From the NCBI GenBank assembly GCA_051439505.1, contig JBFRWI010000019.1:1-37925 (forward strand): a stretch of 37,925 nt of DNA, in the 5' to 3' direction. A program made the position numbers and the translations under genes. Source of the DNA: Hormoscilla sp. (GTDB lineage Bacteria; Cyanobacteriota; Cyanobacteriia; Cyanobacteriales; Desertifilaceae). Below are positions 9,002 through 18,286 of the stretch, piece by piece. The notes under the pieces were generated by a model, which saw nothing but the letters and a program-made list of their open reading frames with translations, searched no databases and was not told the DNA's origin. Numbering within the stretch: position 1 is the first letter of the stretch; the number at the start of each line of letters is the position of its first letter.

Positions 9002-9036
9002 ATAACCCCCGGAGCTTTTTGCGATCGGGGGGTTAT
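9002..9036. terminator. Putative bidirectional terminator hairpin
   Basis: ATAACCCCCG...CGGGGGGTTAT stem between the convergent trx and GST genes. Confidence 0.45.
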
Positions 9037-9065
9037 TGTCAGTCACATATCACCCCAGCGATCGC

Positions 9066-10031
9066 CTATAATCGATCGCGGTTATGGGGACTGTCAAAAT
9101 AAATTATCGGACCCTTGGGGACAATGCCAGTAGGATTCACGTTCGGGTGAGACATGTAATAATGGCGCTTGATGTGGTCGAGGTTGCAGGTTTCCTTCAC
9201 CCCTGGCATCTGATATAATTCTTTCAGATAATTCCAGAGATTGGGGTAATCCCAGATATGGCGGATATTGCACTTGAAATGCACGTAATAGACTACGTCA
9301 AAGCGTAACAAAGTCGTGAACAGACACCAGTCCGCTTCCGATAGGCGATCGCCACAGAGATAGCGCTGCTTTCCGAGAACTGCATCCCAATGGTCCAGGG
9401 CCTGGAACAGTTGGGTCACTCCTTCTTCATAGGCGGACTGGGTAGAAGCAAACCCGGCCCGATAGACGCCATTATTGATCGGTTGATAGATAGCATCCAA
9501 GGTTTCTTCTATCTGAGATTGTAAATCCTGGGGACAGAAATCCACATTTGTTTGGGCCACAGCCTCAAACTGGGTATCAAACATGCGGATAATTTCCCGG
9601 GATTCATTATTGACAATAGTGCCAGTCTGTTTATCCCAAAGCACTGGCACCGTTACCCGGCCATTGTAGTTGGGGTCAGCTTTGAGATAAACTTGCCACA
9701 GATATGCGGCCTGGTGGACTGGGTCGGGAATGCAACCCGGTTCGGTATCAGAAAAATCCCAGCTATTTTGATCGATCACCGCCGAGACTACCGATAGCCC
9801 GATCGCATCTTCTAGCCCCTTCAGCTTGCGCATAATAGCGGTCCTGTGGGCCCAGGGACAAGCCCAACTAATATAGAGATGATAGCGATCGGGCTCGGCC
9901 TGAAAGCCACTAGAGCCATCGGCAGTAATTTGCTTGCGGAAAGTCGTCTGGGGACGAATAAACCTGCCCTGTTCGTCCTCTTGGTCTCGGGAACTTACCC
10001 ATTTGCCATCAACTAGCAGACCTAAACCCAC
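9066..10031 (-). CDS. Glutathione S-transferase, glutathionyl-hydroquinone reductase (YqjG/ECM4-like)
   Basis: RYHLYISWACPWAHR, TVPVLWD, NNESREI, NNGVYRAGF, RFD.VY..HFKCN and HIKRHYY.SH motifs. Confidence 0.93.
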   Translation of the reverse strand: MGLGLLVDGKWVSSRDQEDEQGRFIRPQTTFRKQITADGSSGFQAEPDRYHLYISWACPWAHRTAIMRKLKGLEDAIGLSVVSAVIDQNSWDFSDTEPGCIPDPVHQAAYLWQVYLKADPNYNGRVTVPVLWDKQTGTIVNNESREIIRMFDTQFEAVAQTNVDFCPQDLQSQIEETLDAIYQPINNGVYRAGFASTQSAYEEGVTQLFQALDHWDAVLGKQRYLCGDRLSEADWCLFTTLLRFDVVYYVHFKCNIRHIWDYPNLWNYLKELYQMPGVKETCNLDHIKRHYYMSHPNVNPTGIVPKGPIIYFDSPHNRDRL

Positions 10032-10078
10032 GATGATACACTCCTACGTCAGCAGTACAGATATATTTTAGTAGCTTT

Positions 10079-10300
10079 TTAATCCCGATCTTCAGTTAGT
10101 CTCAGCAAAAATAGCAGGGAGACAAAGAACATCAGCAAGATCCAGATGAGTAATAGTGTACTAAAACTTGTCCGGAAAAAATAGGGGACAGCGAACAGCA
10201 CGACAAAGAAAAGCACCGCCGCAATAACCAGGTATTGGGCTAGCAGTCCGAAACAGCCATGCACTGAACGGGAAAAATTATCTTCTTCTGGTGGTCTCAT
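10079..10300 (-). CDS. Small hypothetical membrane protein (two predicted TM helices)
   Basis: 73-aa ORF with two hydrophobic stretches, co-oriented with the GST gene; GGGGTGA upstream of the ATG. Confidence 0.55.
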   Translation of the reverse strand: MRPPEEDNFSRSVHGCFGLLAQYLVIAAVLFFVVLFAVPYFFRTSFSTLLLIWILLMFFVSLLFLLRLTEDRD

Positions 10301-10383
10301 TATTCTTCACCCCGATCGGCAGCAGAAATGCTAGCCTGTAAGAGTAACACGCTGACTGCAAGCAGTCTACAGCAGATAGGTCC

Positions 10384-11433
10384 ATGAACAAAGTAGTAGT
10401 AGGACTCTCGGGTGGGGTGGATAGTTCGACCGCCGCCGCCATCCTACATCATCAAGGATACGAGGTTGTCGGTCTCACCCTCTGGCTGATGAAGGGTAAG
10501 GGACAATGTTGCTCTGAGGGCATGGTTGATGCGGCCCGCATTTGCGAACAGTTAGGTGTTCCCCATCACATTGTCGATAGCCGGGAACTGTTTCAGGCGA
10601 ATATCGTAGATTATCTGGTATCGGGCTATAGTGATGGTATCACGCCCCTGCCTTGCTCTCAATGCAACAAGGCAGTTAAGTTTGGCCCCATGCTCGCCTA
10701 TGCCCGATCGCAGTTGTCAATAGAGGCGATCGCGACGGGGCATTATGCTAGGGTGGACTATAACCCGGACAACGGACGCTATCAGCTTAAACGGGCGGTA
10801 GACCTGAGCAAAGACCAGTCCTATTTTTTGTACGACCTCTCCCAAGAGTTACTCTCTGCTTCCATCTTTCCCCTGGGAGAAGTCCCCAAGACCGAAACCC
10901 GGCGCATCGCTGCTGAGTTGGGACTGTTAACAGCGCAAAAACCCGAAAGTCAGGATTTATGTCTGGTAGAAGCTAATGGTTCCATGCAGGCGTTCCTGGA
11001 CAAATATATCGATCGCCAGACAGGGGATATCGTTGACCAATCTGGAAAGGTGCTGGGTCAACATCATGGAATTCATCATTATACGATCGGTCAGCGGAAG
11101 GGACTGGGCATTGCCTACTCGGAACCCCTGTACGTGACGAGACTGGACCCAGTTATGAATCGAGTCATTGTCGGGACTCGGGAGCAAGCGGTAGATTCTC
11201 ACTGTACAGTAAGTAGAGTCAACTGGGTGTCCGTGTCCGCACCAGATGAACCCATTCGGGCCCAAGTGCGGATCCGCTATCGTTCCCCGGCAGCACCAGT
11301 AACGGTAATTCCTTTGGGAAAGGATAGAGTGAGATTGGAGTTTGACGAACCCCAGTTCAGCATCACTCCCGGTCAAGGGGCTGTTTGGTATGATGGAGAC
11401 CTGGTGCTGGGTGGCGGAATTATTGACAAATAA
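10384..11433 (+). CDS. mnmA: tRNA-specific 2-thiouridylase
   Basis: SGGVDS PP-loop, [36 protein letters not shown] and TPGQ motifs. Confidence 0.97.
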   Translation: MNKVVVGLSGGVDSSTAAAILHHQGYEVVGLTLWLMKGKGQCCSEGMVDAARICEQLGVPHHIVDSRELFQANIVDYLVSGYSDGITPLPCSQCNKAVKFGPMLAYARSQLSIEAIATGHYARVDYNPDNGRYQLKRAVDLSKDQSYFLYDLSQELLSASIFPLGEVPKTETRRIAAELGLLTAQKPESQDLCLVEANGSMQAFLDKYIDRQTGDIVDQSGKVLGQHHGIHHYTIGQRKGLGIAYSEPLYVTRLDPVMNRVIVGTREQAVDSHCTVSRVNWVSVSAPDEPIRAQVRIRYRSPAAPVTVIPLGKDRVRLEFDEPQFSITPGQGAVWYDGDLVLGGGIIDK

Positions 11434-11464
11434 GTTGTCAGTCAAAAACACTTTGTTGACAATG

Positions 11465-11527
11465 GGGTGTGGTCAAAAGCAGTTGGTCAAAAAATCCCAC
11501 ACGTATGGTGGGCACCGCCCACCATAC
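11465..11527. repeat. Family B end fragment plus REP hairpin
   Basis: GGGTGTGGTCAAAAGCAGTTG resembles the family B end; GTATGGTGGGCACCGCCCACCATAC palindrome. Confidence 0.55.
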
Positions 11528-11561
11528 GAATGCAACTGGGTGAATAATTTAGAGGGTAAAA

Positions 11562-13094
11562 ATGATGTGGCGAAAGCTAATTTGCAAATTCGATAAGGGG
11601 AAAATCGCTCCAGACACTCCCCGCTACAAACCAAGGGAGAGAGGTATAATTTTAGGGATAGAAAAATTGACGATCGCGGCCCTGGCCCTTTCTCTCAACC
11701 TCGTGCCCCTAGCAGCTTGGGCCCAGGATATAGTCTTGGGGATGTCAGCAGCATTCAAGGGTTCTTCAAGAGCCCTGGGCATCGAACTATATCGCGGTTC
11801 CATGGCTTATATCGAGCATGTTAACCGCAATGGCGGCATTAACGGACGTCAACTAGCGATCCGGGCTTATGATGATGGCTATAACCCGATTCCTACTATC
11901 ATAAATACCATCAGATTGATAGAGAAAGATCGGGTATTTTTACTATTTAATTACGTGGGGACGCCGACCGTGACGCGGATGCTGCCTTTACTGCCCCAAT
12001 ATCGCGATCGCCACATCTATTTATTCTTTCCCTTTACCGGGGCCCAACCCCAACGACAATATCCCTATCAACCTTGGGTTTTCAATCTGCGGGCCTCTTA
12101 CCGACAAGAAACGGAAGGATTGGTAGAAAATTTTGTCAAAATTGGCCGCAAGCGGATAGCAGTTTTCTATCAAGCAGATGCCTACGGCAGAAGTGGTTGG
12201 GATGGAGTCAAGCGGGGCTTGGCAAAATCAGGTTTGCATATGGTAGCAGAAGCGACCTATCGCCGGGGAACGCCCTACTCGGCTAGCTTTCAAGAACAGC
12301 TGGAGATTCTCAAAGCGGCAAATCCCGATGCGATCGTTTCTATCGGGGCTTATAAGGCTTGTGCTGGCTTTATTCGCGACGCCAGAAATGCTGGTTGGGA
12401 CGTGCCGATCGCGAATATTTCCTTTGTCGGCAGTGAAAGCTTGCTGAATTTACTACTGAAAAGCAGTCGGGAGACGGGTAAAGATTATACGGTCAATTTA
12501 ATTAATTCCGAGGTAGTTCCCAGCTATGAAGATACCAGACTGCCAGCAGTGCGAGAGTATCGGCAGCTCATGGATAAATATAACCCGATGCCCCCCGCTT
12601 ACTTGCTCTCAGCTGACTACGAACCCCTACCCTATAGTTTCGTCAGTTTTGAAGGGTTTTTGAATGCTAAACTGTTGGTAGAAACGATCGAAAAGGCGAT
12701 GGCATCGACCTCCGAAACGATCTCCATTGGCGCTAGGGGCACTCACGTGAGGGTCTTGCAGCGGCTGCTGCAAGACAGAGGCTTTGAGATCCCAAGCATT
12801 AATGGTATATTTGATGCTAGCACGCAACGGGCGGTGATGGATTTCCAACGGTCTATAGGACTTAAAGTGGATGGCCAGATCGATGCGGTAACTAGGGCCG
12901 CCCTGTCAGGGACGATCGGGGACAGGCTTCAGATGAAAGAGACCATGGAGGCGATGGCAAATCTCGATCTGGGCATTGACGTACCCGTATCCTTCGCTGC
13001 CGATAAACATCAGGGATTGGATCGGGTTTATTATAGTACCATTGAAAATGGTCGCTTTGTACCGTTAGAAAACTGGCAACGTTGGGCAAAATGA
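11562..13094 (+). CDS. LivK-like (type I) periplasmic ligand-binding protein with an inserted peptidoglycan-binding domain
   Basis: 'IVLGMSAAF.G', 'N..GGINGR.L....YDDGY.P', 'VGTPT' and 'FNLRASY..E' motifs. The insert GARGTHVRVLQRLL...GIFDASTQRAVMDFQRSIGLKVDG matches the PG_binding_1 pattern. Start codon uncertain. Confidence 0.85.
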   Translation: MMWRKLICKFDKGKIAPDTPRYKPRERGIILGIEKLTIAALALSLNLVPLAAWAQDIVLGMSAAFKGSSRALGIELYRGSMAYIEHVNRNGGINGRQLAIRAYDDGYNPIPTIINTIRLIEKDRVFLLFNYVGTPTVTRMLPLLPQYRDRHIYLFFPFTGAQPQRQYPYQPWVFNLRASYRQETEGLVENFVKIGRKRIAVFYQADAYGRSGWDGVKRGLAKSGLHMVAEATYRRGTPYSASFQEQLEILKAANPDAIVSIGAYKACAGFIRDARNAGWDVPIANISFVGSESLLNLLLKSSRETGKDYTVNLINSEVVPSYEDTRLPAVREYRQLMDKYNPMPPAYLLSADYEPLPYSFVSFEGFLNAKLLVETIEKAMASTSETISIGARGTHVRVLQRLLQDRGFEIPSINGIFDASTQRAVMDFQRSIGLKVDGQIDAVTRAALSGTIGDRLQMKETMEAMANLDLGIDVPVSFAADKHQGLDRVYYSTIENGRFVPLENWQRWAK

Positions 13095-14515
13095 AGATGT
13101 CGGCGCTTTTCCGAAAAACATTGCTGGGGCAAATTGTCTTGTTTGGCTTTATTGCCGTGAGTGCTTCGGCCTTTTCGGCCTGGCACCTCCATTGGCACCT
13201 GACGGCAGAATATCGCAGTAAGGGCAGGGCGATCGCTCGCAGCGTCGCTTATTCAACCGAAACGATGATTTATTCTAGCCCCCCGGAAACCATTCAATCA
13301 GTGATTGACGAGTTTCTGGAAATTGAGGGGGTTGCCTATATGCTAGTAGTGGATGCCGATCGCGCCATTATCGCCCATACCTTTGTCCCCAGGGTGCCGC
13401 CCCTGTTGCTGAAAGTAGAAGGGGATCTCAAGGAAACCGATCGAGTTTACATTCGAGAACTCCAGCTAAAGCAAGCATCGCAGATAATAGAAATTTCGGC
13501 TCCGATCCTGGCCGGGGCGGGGGGAAGGGTCTATGTGGGCATGGATAAAGGGCCGATCGTGCAGAATATTCACCGAGCAGTTGCTCGCCAACTTGGCTTA
13601 ATTTCCCTGCTATTTATCATGGCCGCGATCGCTAGCTACCTGCGGATAAAAAAGATTTCCGAACCTTTAAAGAAATTAACAGAATATGCTGAAAAACTCT
13701 CAGAAAAAGATTTTGCAGCTACGGTGGCAATTAATTCCCGAGATGAAATTGGTTTGCTAGCCGAAACCATGCAGTCAATGGCAGGGGAAATTAGCGGTCA
13801 TTTAGGCGAATTAGAACGAGCAGTGCGGGGGGCCACCCGAGAAGTGCGCCTGGAAAAGGAAAAGTCCGATCGCCTGTTAATGAAGATCTTACCCGAAACC
13901 ATTGCCGAGCAATTAAAAGAAGGGGAAAATAATATTGCAGATGGGTTTGCAGAGGTGACGATTTTGTTTGCCGACATCGTGGGGTTTACCCAGCTTTCCG
14001 AACAAATTACTCCAGAAGAATTGGTCGAGTTGCTCAACGAGATTTTCTCGGCCTTCGATCTGCTTGCGGAACAGCATGGGTTGGAAAAAATAAAGACCAT
14101 TGGCGACGCCTATATGGTAGTGGGCGGCCTGCCCCTAGTCCGGGAAGACCATGCCGAGACTGTAGCGGAAATAGCATTAGATATGCAGCAGGAAGTTCGC
14201 CGCATCAGCGCCGAGAAGGGTCGAGATTTTAGCATCCGCATTGGCATCAACACGGGGCCAGTAGTGGCCGGAGTGATCGGCACGAAAAAGTTTATTTACG
14301 ACTTGTGGGGGGATGCTGTAAATATGGCCAGTCGCATGGAATCTCATGGAATTGCTGGTGAAATTCAAGTCACGGAATCTACCTATAATATTTTGCAAGC
14401 TAAATATAGCTTTAAAAAACGAGGGGAGATAGAAGTTAAAGGTAAAGGCAAAATGACGACTTATTTGCTTCTGGATAGAAATATCTGCTCTTTGCCCGGG
14501 TCTGTGGTGGTATAA
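13091..14515 (+). CDS. Membrane class III adenylate/guanylate cyclase with HAMP domain
   Basis: Two TM helices, HAMP (DEIGLLA), FADIVGFT, KIKTIGDAYM, RIGINTGPV and YDLWGDAVNMASRMES. ATGA overlap with the upstream stop. K in KTIGD and D in YDLWG suggest ATP specificity. Confidence 0.93.
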   Translation: MKMSALFRKTLLGQIVLFGFIAVSASAFSAWHLHWHLTAEYRSKGRAIARSVAYSTETMIYSSPPETIQSVIDEFLEIEGVAYMLVVDADRAIIAHTFVPRVPPLLLKVEGDLKETDRVYIRELQLKQASQIIEISAPILAGAGGRVYVGMDKGPIVQNIHRAVARQLGLISLLFIMAAIASYLRIKKISEPLKKLTEYAEKLSEKDFAATVAINSRDEIGLLAETMQSMAGEISGHLGELERAVRGATREVRLEKEKSDRLLMKILPETIAEQLKEGENNIADGFAEVTILFADIVGFTQLSEQITPEELVELLNEIFSAFDLLAEQHGLEKIKTIGDAYMVVGGLPLVREDHAETVAEIALDMQQEVRRISAEKGRDFSIRIGINTGPVVAGVIGTKKFIYDLWGDAVNMASRMESHGIAGEIQVTESTYNILQAKYSFKKRGEIEVKGKGKMTTYLLLDRNICSLPGSVVV

Positions 14516-14547
14516 GCTTGGTCTGTGGCGATCGCCCTTCGGGATCT

Positions 14548-14583
14548 TAATACTTCTCGGTTAAAGGCATAGGTTGTCATTGG
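14548..14583. repeat. Isolated left end of a family A element
   Basis: AATACTTCTCGGTTAAAGGCATAGGTTGTCATTG matches 250-283. Confidence 0.7.
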
Positions 14584-14674
14584 AAGTAGGCGATTTTTTT
14601 GTACTACATCAATTTGAGAAATACTATATAATAGCTGACAGTTACAGATAACGCAGTCCTCAAGCTTACACACC

Positions 14675-16828
14675 ATGTCTAAATTTTCATCTTTAGAACA
14701 AGCACTCAAGCATTTTTTCGGTTATGACAGCTTCCGTCCGGGACAGCGGCAGATAGTCCAAGCGGCACTCGGGAAACAAGATTTGCTCGTTGTCATGCCC
14801 ACTGGCGGCGGTAAATCTCTTTGTTTTCAGCTGCCCGCCCTGCTGCAACCGGGTTTGGCTATAGTGGTCTCCCCCCTCATTGCCCTGATGCAGGACCAAG
14901 TTGAAGCCCTGCGGGATAATGGTATTGGTGCAACCTTTCTTAATAGTACCCTCTCGAATGCGGAAATGCGATCGCGGGAACGAGACATTCTCAACGGGAA
15001 GATTAAACTCCTCTATCTAGCCCCCGAACGCTTGTTAGCGGAAAGGTTTCTGCCTTTCTTAGAAATGATTCAACAGCAAATTGGCATTAGCGCCTTTGCT
15101 ATTGACGAAGCGCACTGCGTATCGGAGTGGGGGCACGACTTTCGGCCCGAATATCGGCAAATGCGACTGTTGCGAGACCTTTACCCAGATATCCCCCTCA
15201 TGGCCTTGACTGCCACTGCCACAGAGCGCGTCCGCCAAGATATTATCGAACAGTTAGAATTGCGACAACCTTTCATTCACATTGCCAGTTTTAATCGTCC
15301 CAATCTCTATTATGAAGTTCGCTCCAAAACTAAACAAAGCTACGCCGAATTATTCGAGATCATTTCCCAGACTAACGGTGCTGCGATCGTCTATTGTCTT
15401 AGTCGCCGTCAAGTGGAGGAACTGGCCGGACGACTGCAAAGGGATGGCATCAAAGCTTTACCTTACCATGCTGGCTTAGAAGATTCCGAACGGGCAACTA
15501 ATCAAACTCGCTTCATTCGCGATGACGTGCAAGTAATTGTCGCTACCATTGCTTTTGGCATGGGTATCAATAAACCCGATGTCCGCTTTGTCATTCATTA
15601 TAATTTACCCCGGAATCTGGAGGCATATTATCAAGAATCCGGTCGGGCGGGACGGGATGGCCAACCGGCACGCTGCACTTTGTTTTTCGGCTATGGCGAC
15701 CTCAAGAAAGTTGAGTGGATGCTAGACCAAAAGGAAAATGAAAACGAACGGCGCATTGCCTATCAACAGCTGCGTCAAGTAATTGACTATGCTGAGGGAA
15801 CTGACTGTCGGCGCACTATCCAGTTGGGTTACTTTGGCGAGAGTTTTCCGGGCAATTGCAATTGCTGCGATAACTGTCGCCATCCTCAACCTATTGAAGA
15901 TTGGACTGTGGAAGCGATGAAGTTTCTCTCTTGCATCGCCCGTTCTAAAGAACGCTTCGGGATGGTTCATATTATCGATATATTGAGGGGTTCTCGGAAT
16001 AAAAAAGTCCTGCAAAACCGTCACGATCGACTTTCTACCTATGGCATCGGCAAGGATAAAACTGCTGAGGAGTGGAAGATGCTGGCCCGATCGCTCCTAC
16101 ATCAAGGTTTATTAGATCAAACTACAGATGGTTATAGCATCCTCAAGCTGAATTCCCTCAGTTGGGAAGTCATGAGACGTAAATGTGCGGTCAAGATTGC
16201 CGTACCCAAGAAACAGTCTTCCGCTTCCCAGAAAAAAACCGCAGCTTCCGGAGAAATGCTATTTCAGCGGTTGCGAGTTCTGCGCAAAAAGCTAGCTGAT
16301 GCCCAAGGGGTACCTCCCTATGTGATATTTCACGATTCTACGCTGACGCAGATGGTTCGGCGGCAACCCCAAACTCTCGATGAATTTGCCGACCTTGACG
16401 GGGTTAATATTCACAAAGCGAGGCAGTATGGCCAGTGTTTTATCAGCGAAATTAAAGCTTACTGCCAACAGCAATCATCTGCTGCTTCATCTCCGGGCGG
16501 CAATAACAGTCGTTTATTCCTTTCTAATACTTTATCATTGACTTTAGAGCTATATCAACAAGGTTTCAGTGCTGAAGAAATTGCCAACCAGCGTAATCTC
16601 AAGTCTACCACGATTATGAATCATTTCGCAGAATTGATCGAGATGCGTCAGCCCGTAGATGTAGATAAGTTGGTCCATCCCAAGCGTCAAGAACCTATTT
16701 TACAAGCAATTCAACAGGTGGGAACTTCTTCCCTGAAAACTATTTACGAATATCTCCAACAATCTTATAGTTATGGGGAAATTCGTCTGGTATTGGCATC
16801 CAGGCGGCAAAATCAGTCTGCCCGCTAA
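14675..16828 (+). CDS. recQ: ATP-dependent DNA helicase RecQ
   Basis: PTGGGKS, DEAHCVSEWGHDFRP and YQESGRAGRDG motifs; Zn-binding Cys cluster, RQC, HRDC and C-terminal HTH. Confidence 0.98.
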   Translation: MSKFSSLEQALKHFFGYDSFRPGQRQIVQAALGKQDLLVVMPTGGGKSLCFQLPALLQPGLAIVVSPLIALMQDQVEALRDNGIGATFLNSTLSNAEMRSRERDILNGKIKLLYLAPERLLAERFLPFLEMIQQQIGISAFAIDEAHCVSEWGHDFRPEYRQMRLLRDLYPDIPLMALTATATERVRQDIIEQLELRQPFIHIASFNRPNLYYEVRSKTKQSYAELFEIISQTNGAAIVYCLSRRQVEELAGRLQRDGIKALPYHAGLEDSERATNQTRFIRDDVQVIVATIAFGMGINKPDVRFVIHYNLPRNLEAYYQESGRAGRDGQPARCTLFFGYGDLKKVEWMLDQKENENERRIAYQQLRQVIDYAEGTDCRRTIQLGYFGESFPGNCNCCDNCRHPQPIEDWTVEAMKFLSCIARSKERFGMVHIIDILRGSRNKKVLQNRHDRLSTYGIGKDKTAEEWKMLARSLLHQGLLDQTTDGYSILKLNSLSWEVMRRKCAVKIAVPKKQSSASQKKTAASGEMLFQRLRVLRKKLADAQGVPPYVIFHDSTLTQMVRRQPQTLDEFADLDGVNIHKARQYGQCFISEIKAYCQQQSSAASSPGGNNSRLFLSNTLSLTLELYQQGFSAEEIANQRNLKSTTIMNHFAELIEMRQPVDVDKLVHPKRQEPILQAIQQVGTSSLKTIYEYLQQSYSYGEIRLVLASRRQNQSAR

Positions 16829-16979
16829 AAAGCGACTAATCCTAGATGGTTGCATTTTTTGGAAGATGGTATTATATGGCGATCGCCTTCTTTCTGGATG
16901 GGAAATTGGGCGATCGCCTGTGACCGGGAACGGCGATCGCATCTGGGCGGCACTTGCACAATTCCCTCAGCATTGGTTA

Positions 16980-17384
16980 TCATTCTAGCCAGTCTTCTAT
17001 AGTAATCCCTGTCACTCTCTGCATATCCCGATCGTGGGATACCAGAATTAGACCTTGGGCGATCGCCGTCGCCGCTATCAAGATATCTGCATCTTCTAAC
17101 AGCCTCCCTTGACCTTTTAATTCTGCATGTATTTCCGATGCTTTTTCCAGGACTTCTATCTCCACTGGTAAAACTCTATATGTTCTGCAAAAAAAATCGA
17201 AGTCCAATAGCTTTCTCGTTGCATTGCTGGCCAGCAATCCTCTTTTTACCTCGTAATATGTAATGCCACTGATGAACGCTGATTGACCTTGACGCCGAAC
17301 TTGCTTCATTTTTTGGTTAATCTTTTCATTCTTCTTTAAGATCGCCGAGACGATATTTGTATCCAACAGATAACTCTTACTCAT
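16980..17384 (-). CDS. PIN-domain (VapC-like) toxin
   Basis: YLLDTNIVS...YYEVKRG...DADILIAATA...LVSHD. Start taken at ATG 17384. Confidence 0.9.
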   Translation of the reverse strand: MSKSYLLDTNIVSAILKKNEKINQKMKQVRRQGQSAFISGITYYEVKRGLLASNATRKLLDFDFFCRTYRVLPVEIEVLEKASEIHAELKGQGRLLEDADILIAATAIAQGLILVSHDRDMQRVTGITIEDWLE

Positions 17385-17481
17385 GCCTTTTTCACCATCT
17401 TTGGCTACATTCTTCATTAGATGCAGAGACTTCATTCACGCTATTACATGCCATAATCGCAGTTCAAATAACACCAGATTA

Positions 17482-17775
17482 CTATCGATTTTCTACTGCG
17501 GCATCAAAAATTTCCAGTTGCTCTGGAGTCAGATCGTTTAATGTACCCGACACTGCATAGAGAACCAGAATACTATCTATTCTATCTGTTAAATCTTCAT
17601 CGCCAATCGCTTTTAGTTCTGCTGTCGAAAATTCATCGAATAACTCGATCATATGTTCTCTCATCTCCTCTCTATCCAATTTTTCCTGGTAGAAGCTCTC
17701 TCCGGTAATTAATTTTTCTGTAATCTCCGATACGCGGGCGAGTTCTACCTCTTTCCCTGCTGCTACTTGTACCAT
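17482..17775 (-). CDS. Putative antitoxin / small acidic hypothetical protein
   Basis: 97-aa acidic ORF with AGGAGG upstream, located upstream of the PIN gene. The antitoxin role is inferred from position. Confidence 0.65.
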   Translation of the reverse strand: MVQVAAGKEVELARVSEITEKLITGESFYQEKLDREEMREHMIELFDEFSTAELKAIGDEDLTDRIDSILVLYAVSGTLNDLTPEQLEIFDAAVENR

Positions 17776-17837
17776 ACCACTTTCCTCCTGGTTGTTGATT
17801 TACTCCCTCGTCTCTTTCATGCTAGCATATCGTTGCC

Positions 17838-17899
17838 CGGGGCACGGCGGGACTAACACGATCGTCTTCACCGAAACATCTTTGATGCCGTGCCCCTAC
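17838..17899. repeat. Family C GTAG-type REP (single unit)
   Basis: GGGGCACGGCG...CCGAAACATCTTTGATGCCGTGCCCCTAC. Confidence 0.8.
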
Positions 17900-17920
17900 A
17901 TGATCGCCTTAACTAGGATG

Positions 17921-18205
17921 TCAATTTTCCACCTTTATGCTTCTATGGAAGGCAATATAACCTTCTATATTTTTAGCCTTTGGCTTAGTTTCTGGATAAT
18001 ACCAGGCAGCATCTTTGTTAACCTGCCCGTCTACCTCGATATTGTAGTAACTGGCAACGCCTTTCCAACCACAGGTGGTGTGTTTATCGCTGTCCTTTAG
18101 ATACTCGCCGTTGACGGCATCAGGGGGAAAATATTGATTTCCTTCTACCACAATGCAGCGATCGCTTTCGGCCAATAGGGCCCCATTCCAAGTAGCTTTC
18201 GGCAT
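17921..18205 (-). CDS. DUF427 family protein
   Basis: A.WNG..LAESD....VEGN.YFP, TTC.WKG.ASYY and AAWYYP.K motifs. Confidence 0.92.
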   Translation of the reverse strand: MPKATWNGALLAESDRCIVVEGNQYFPPDAVNGEYLKDSDKHTTCGWKGVASYYNIEVDGQVNKDAAWYYPETKPKAKNIEGYIAFHRSIKVEN

Positions 18206-18286
18206 GTCTGTAACTCCTTTAACGAGAATATGTCACAATTATAGCAGGGCGGGAATAATTTTATGCGATCGTCGTGCAACTTGAGT

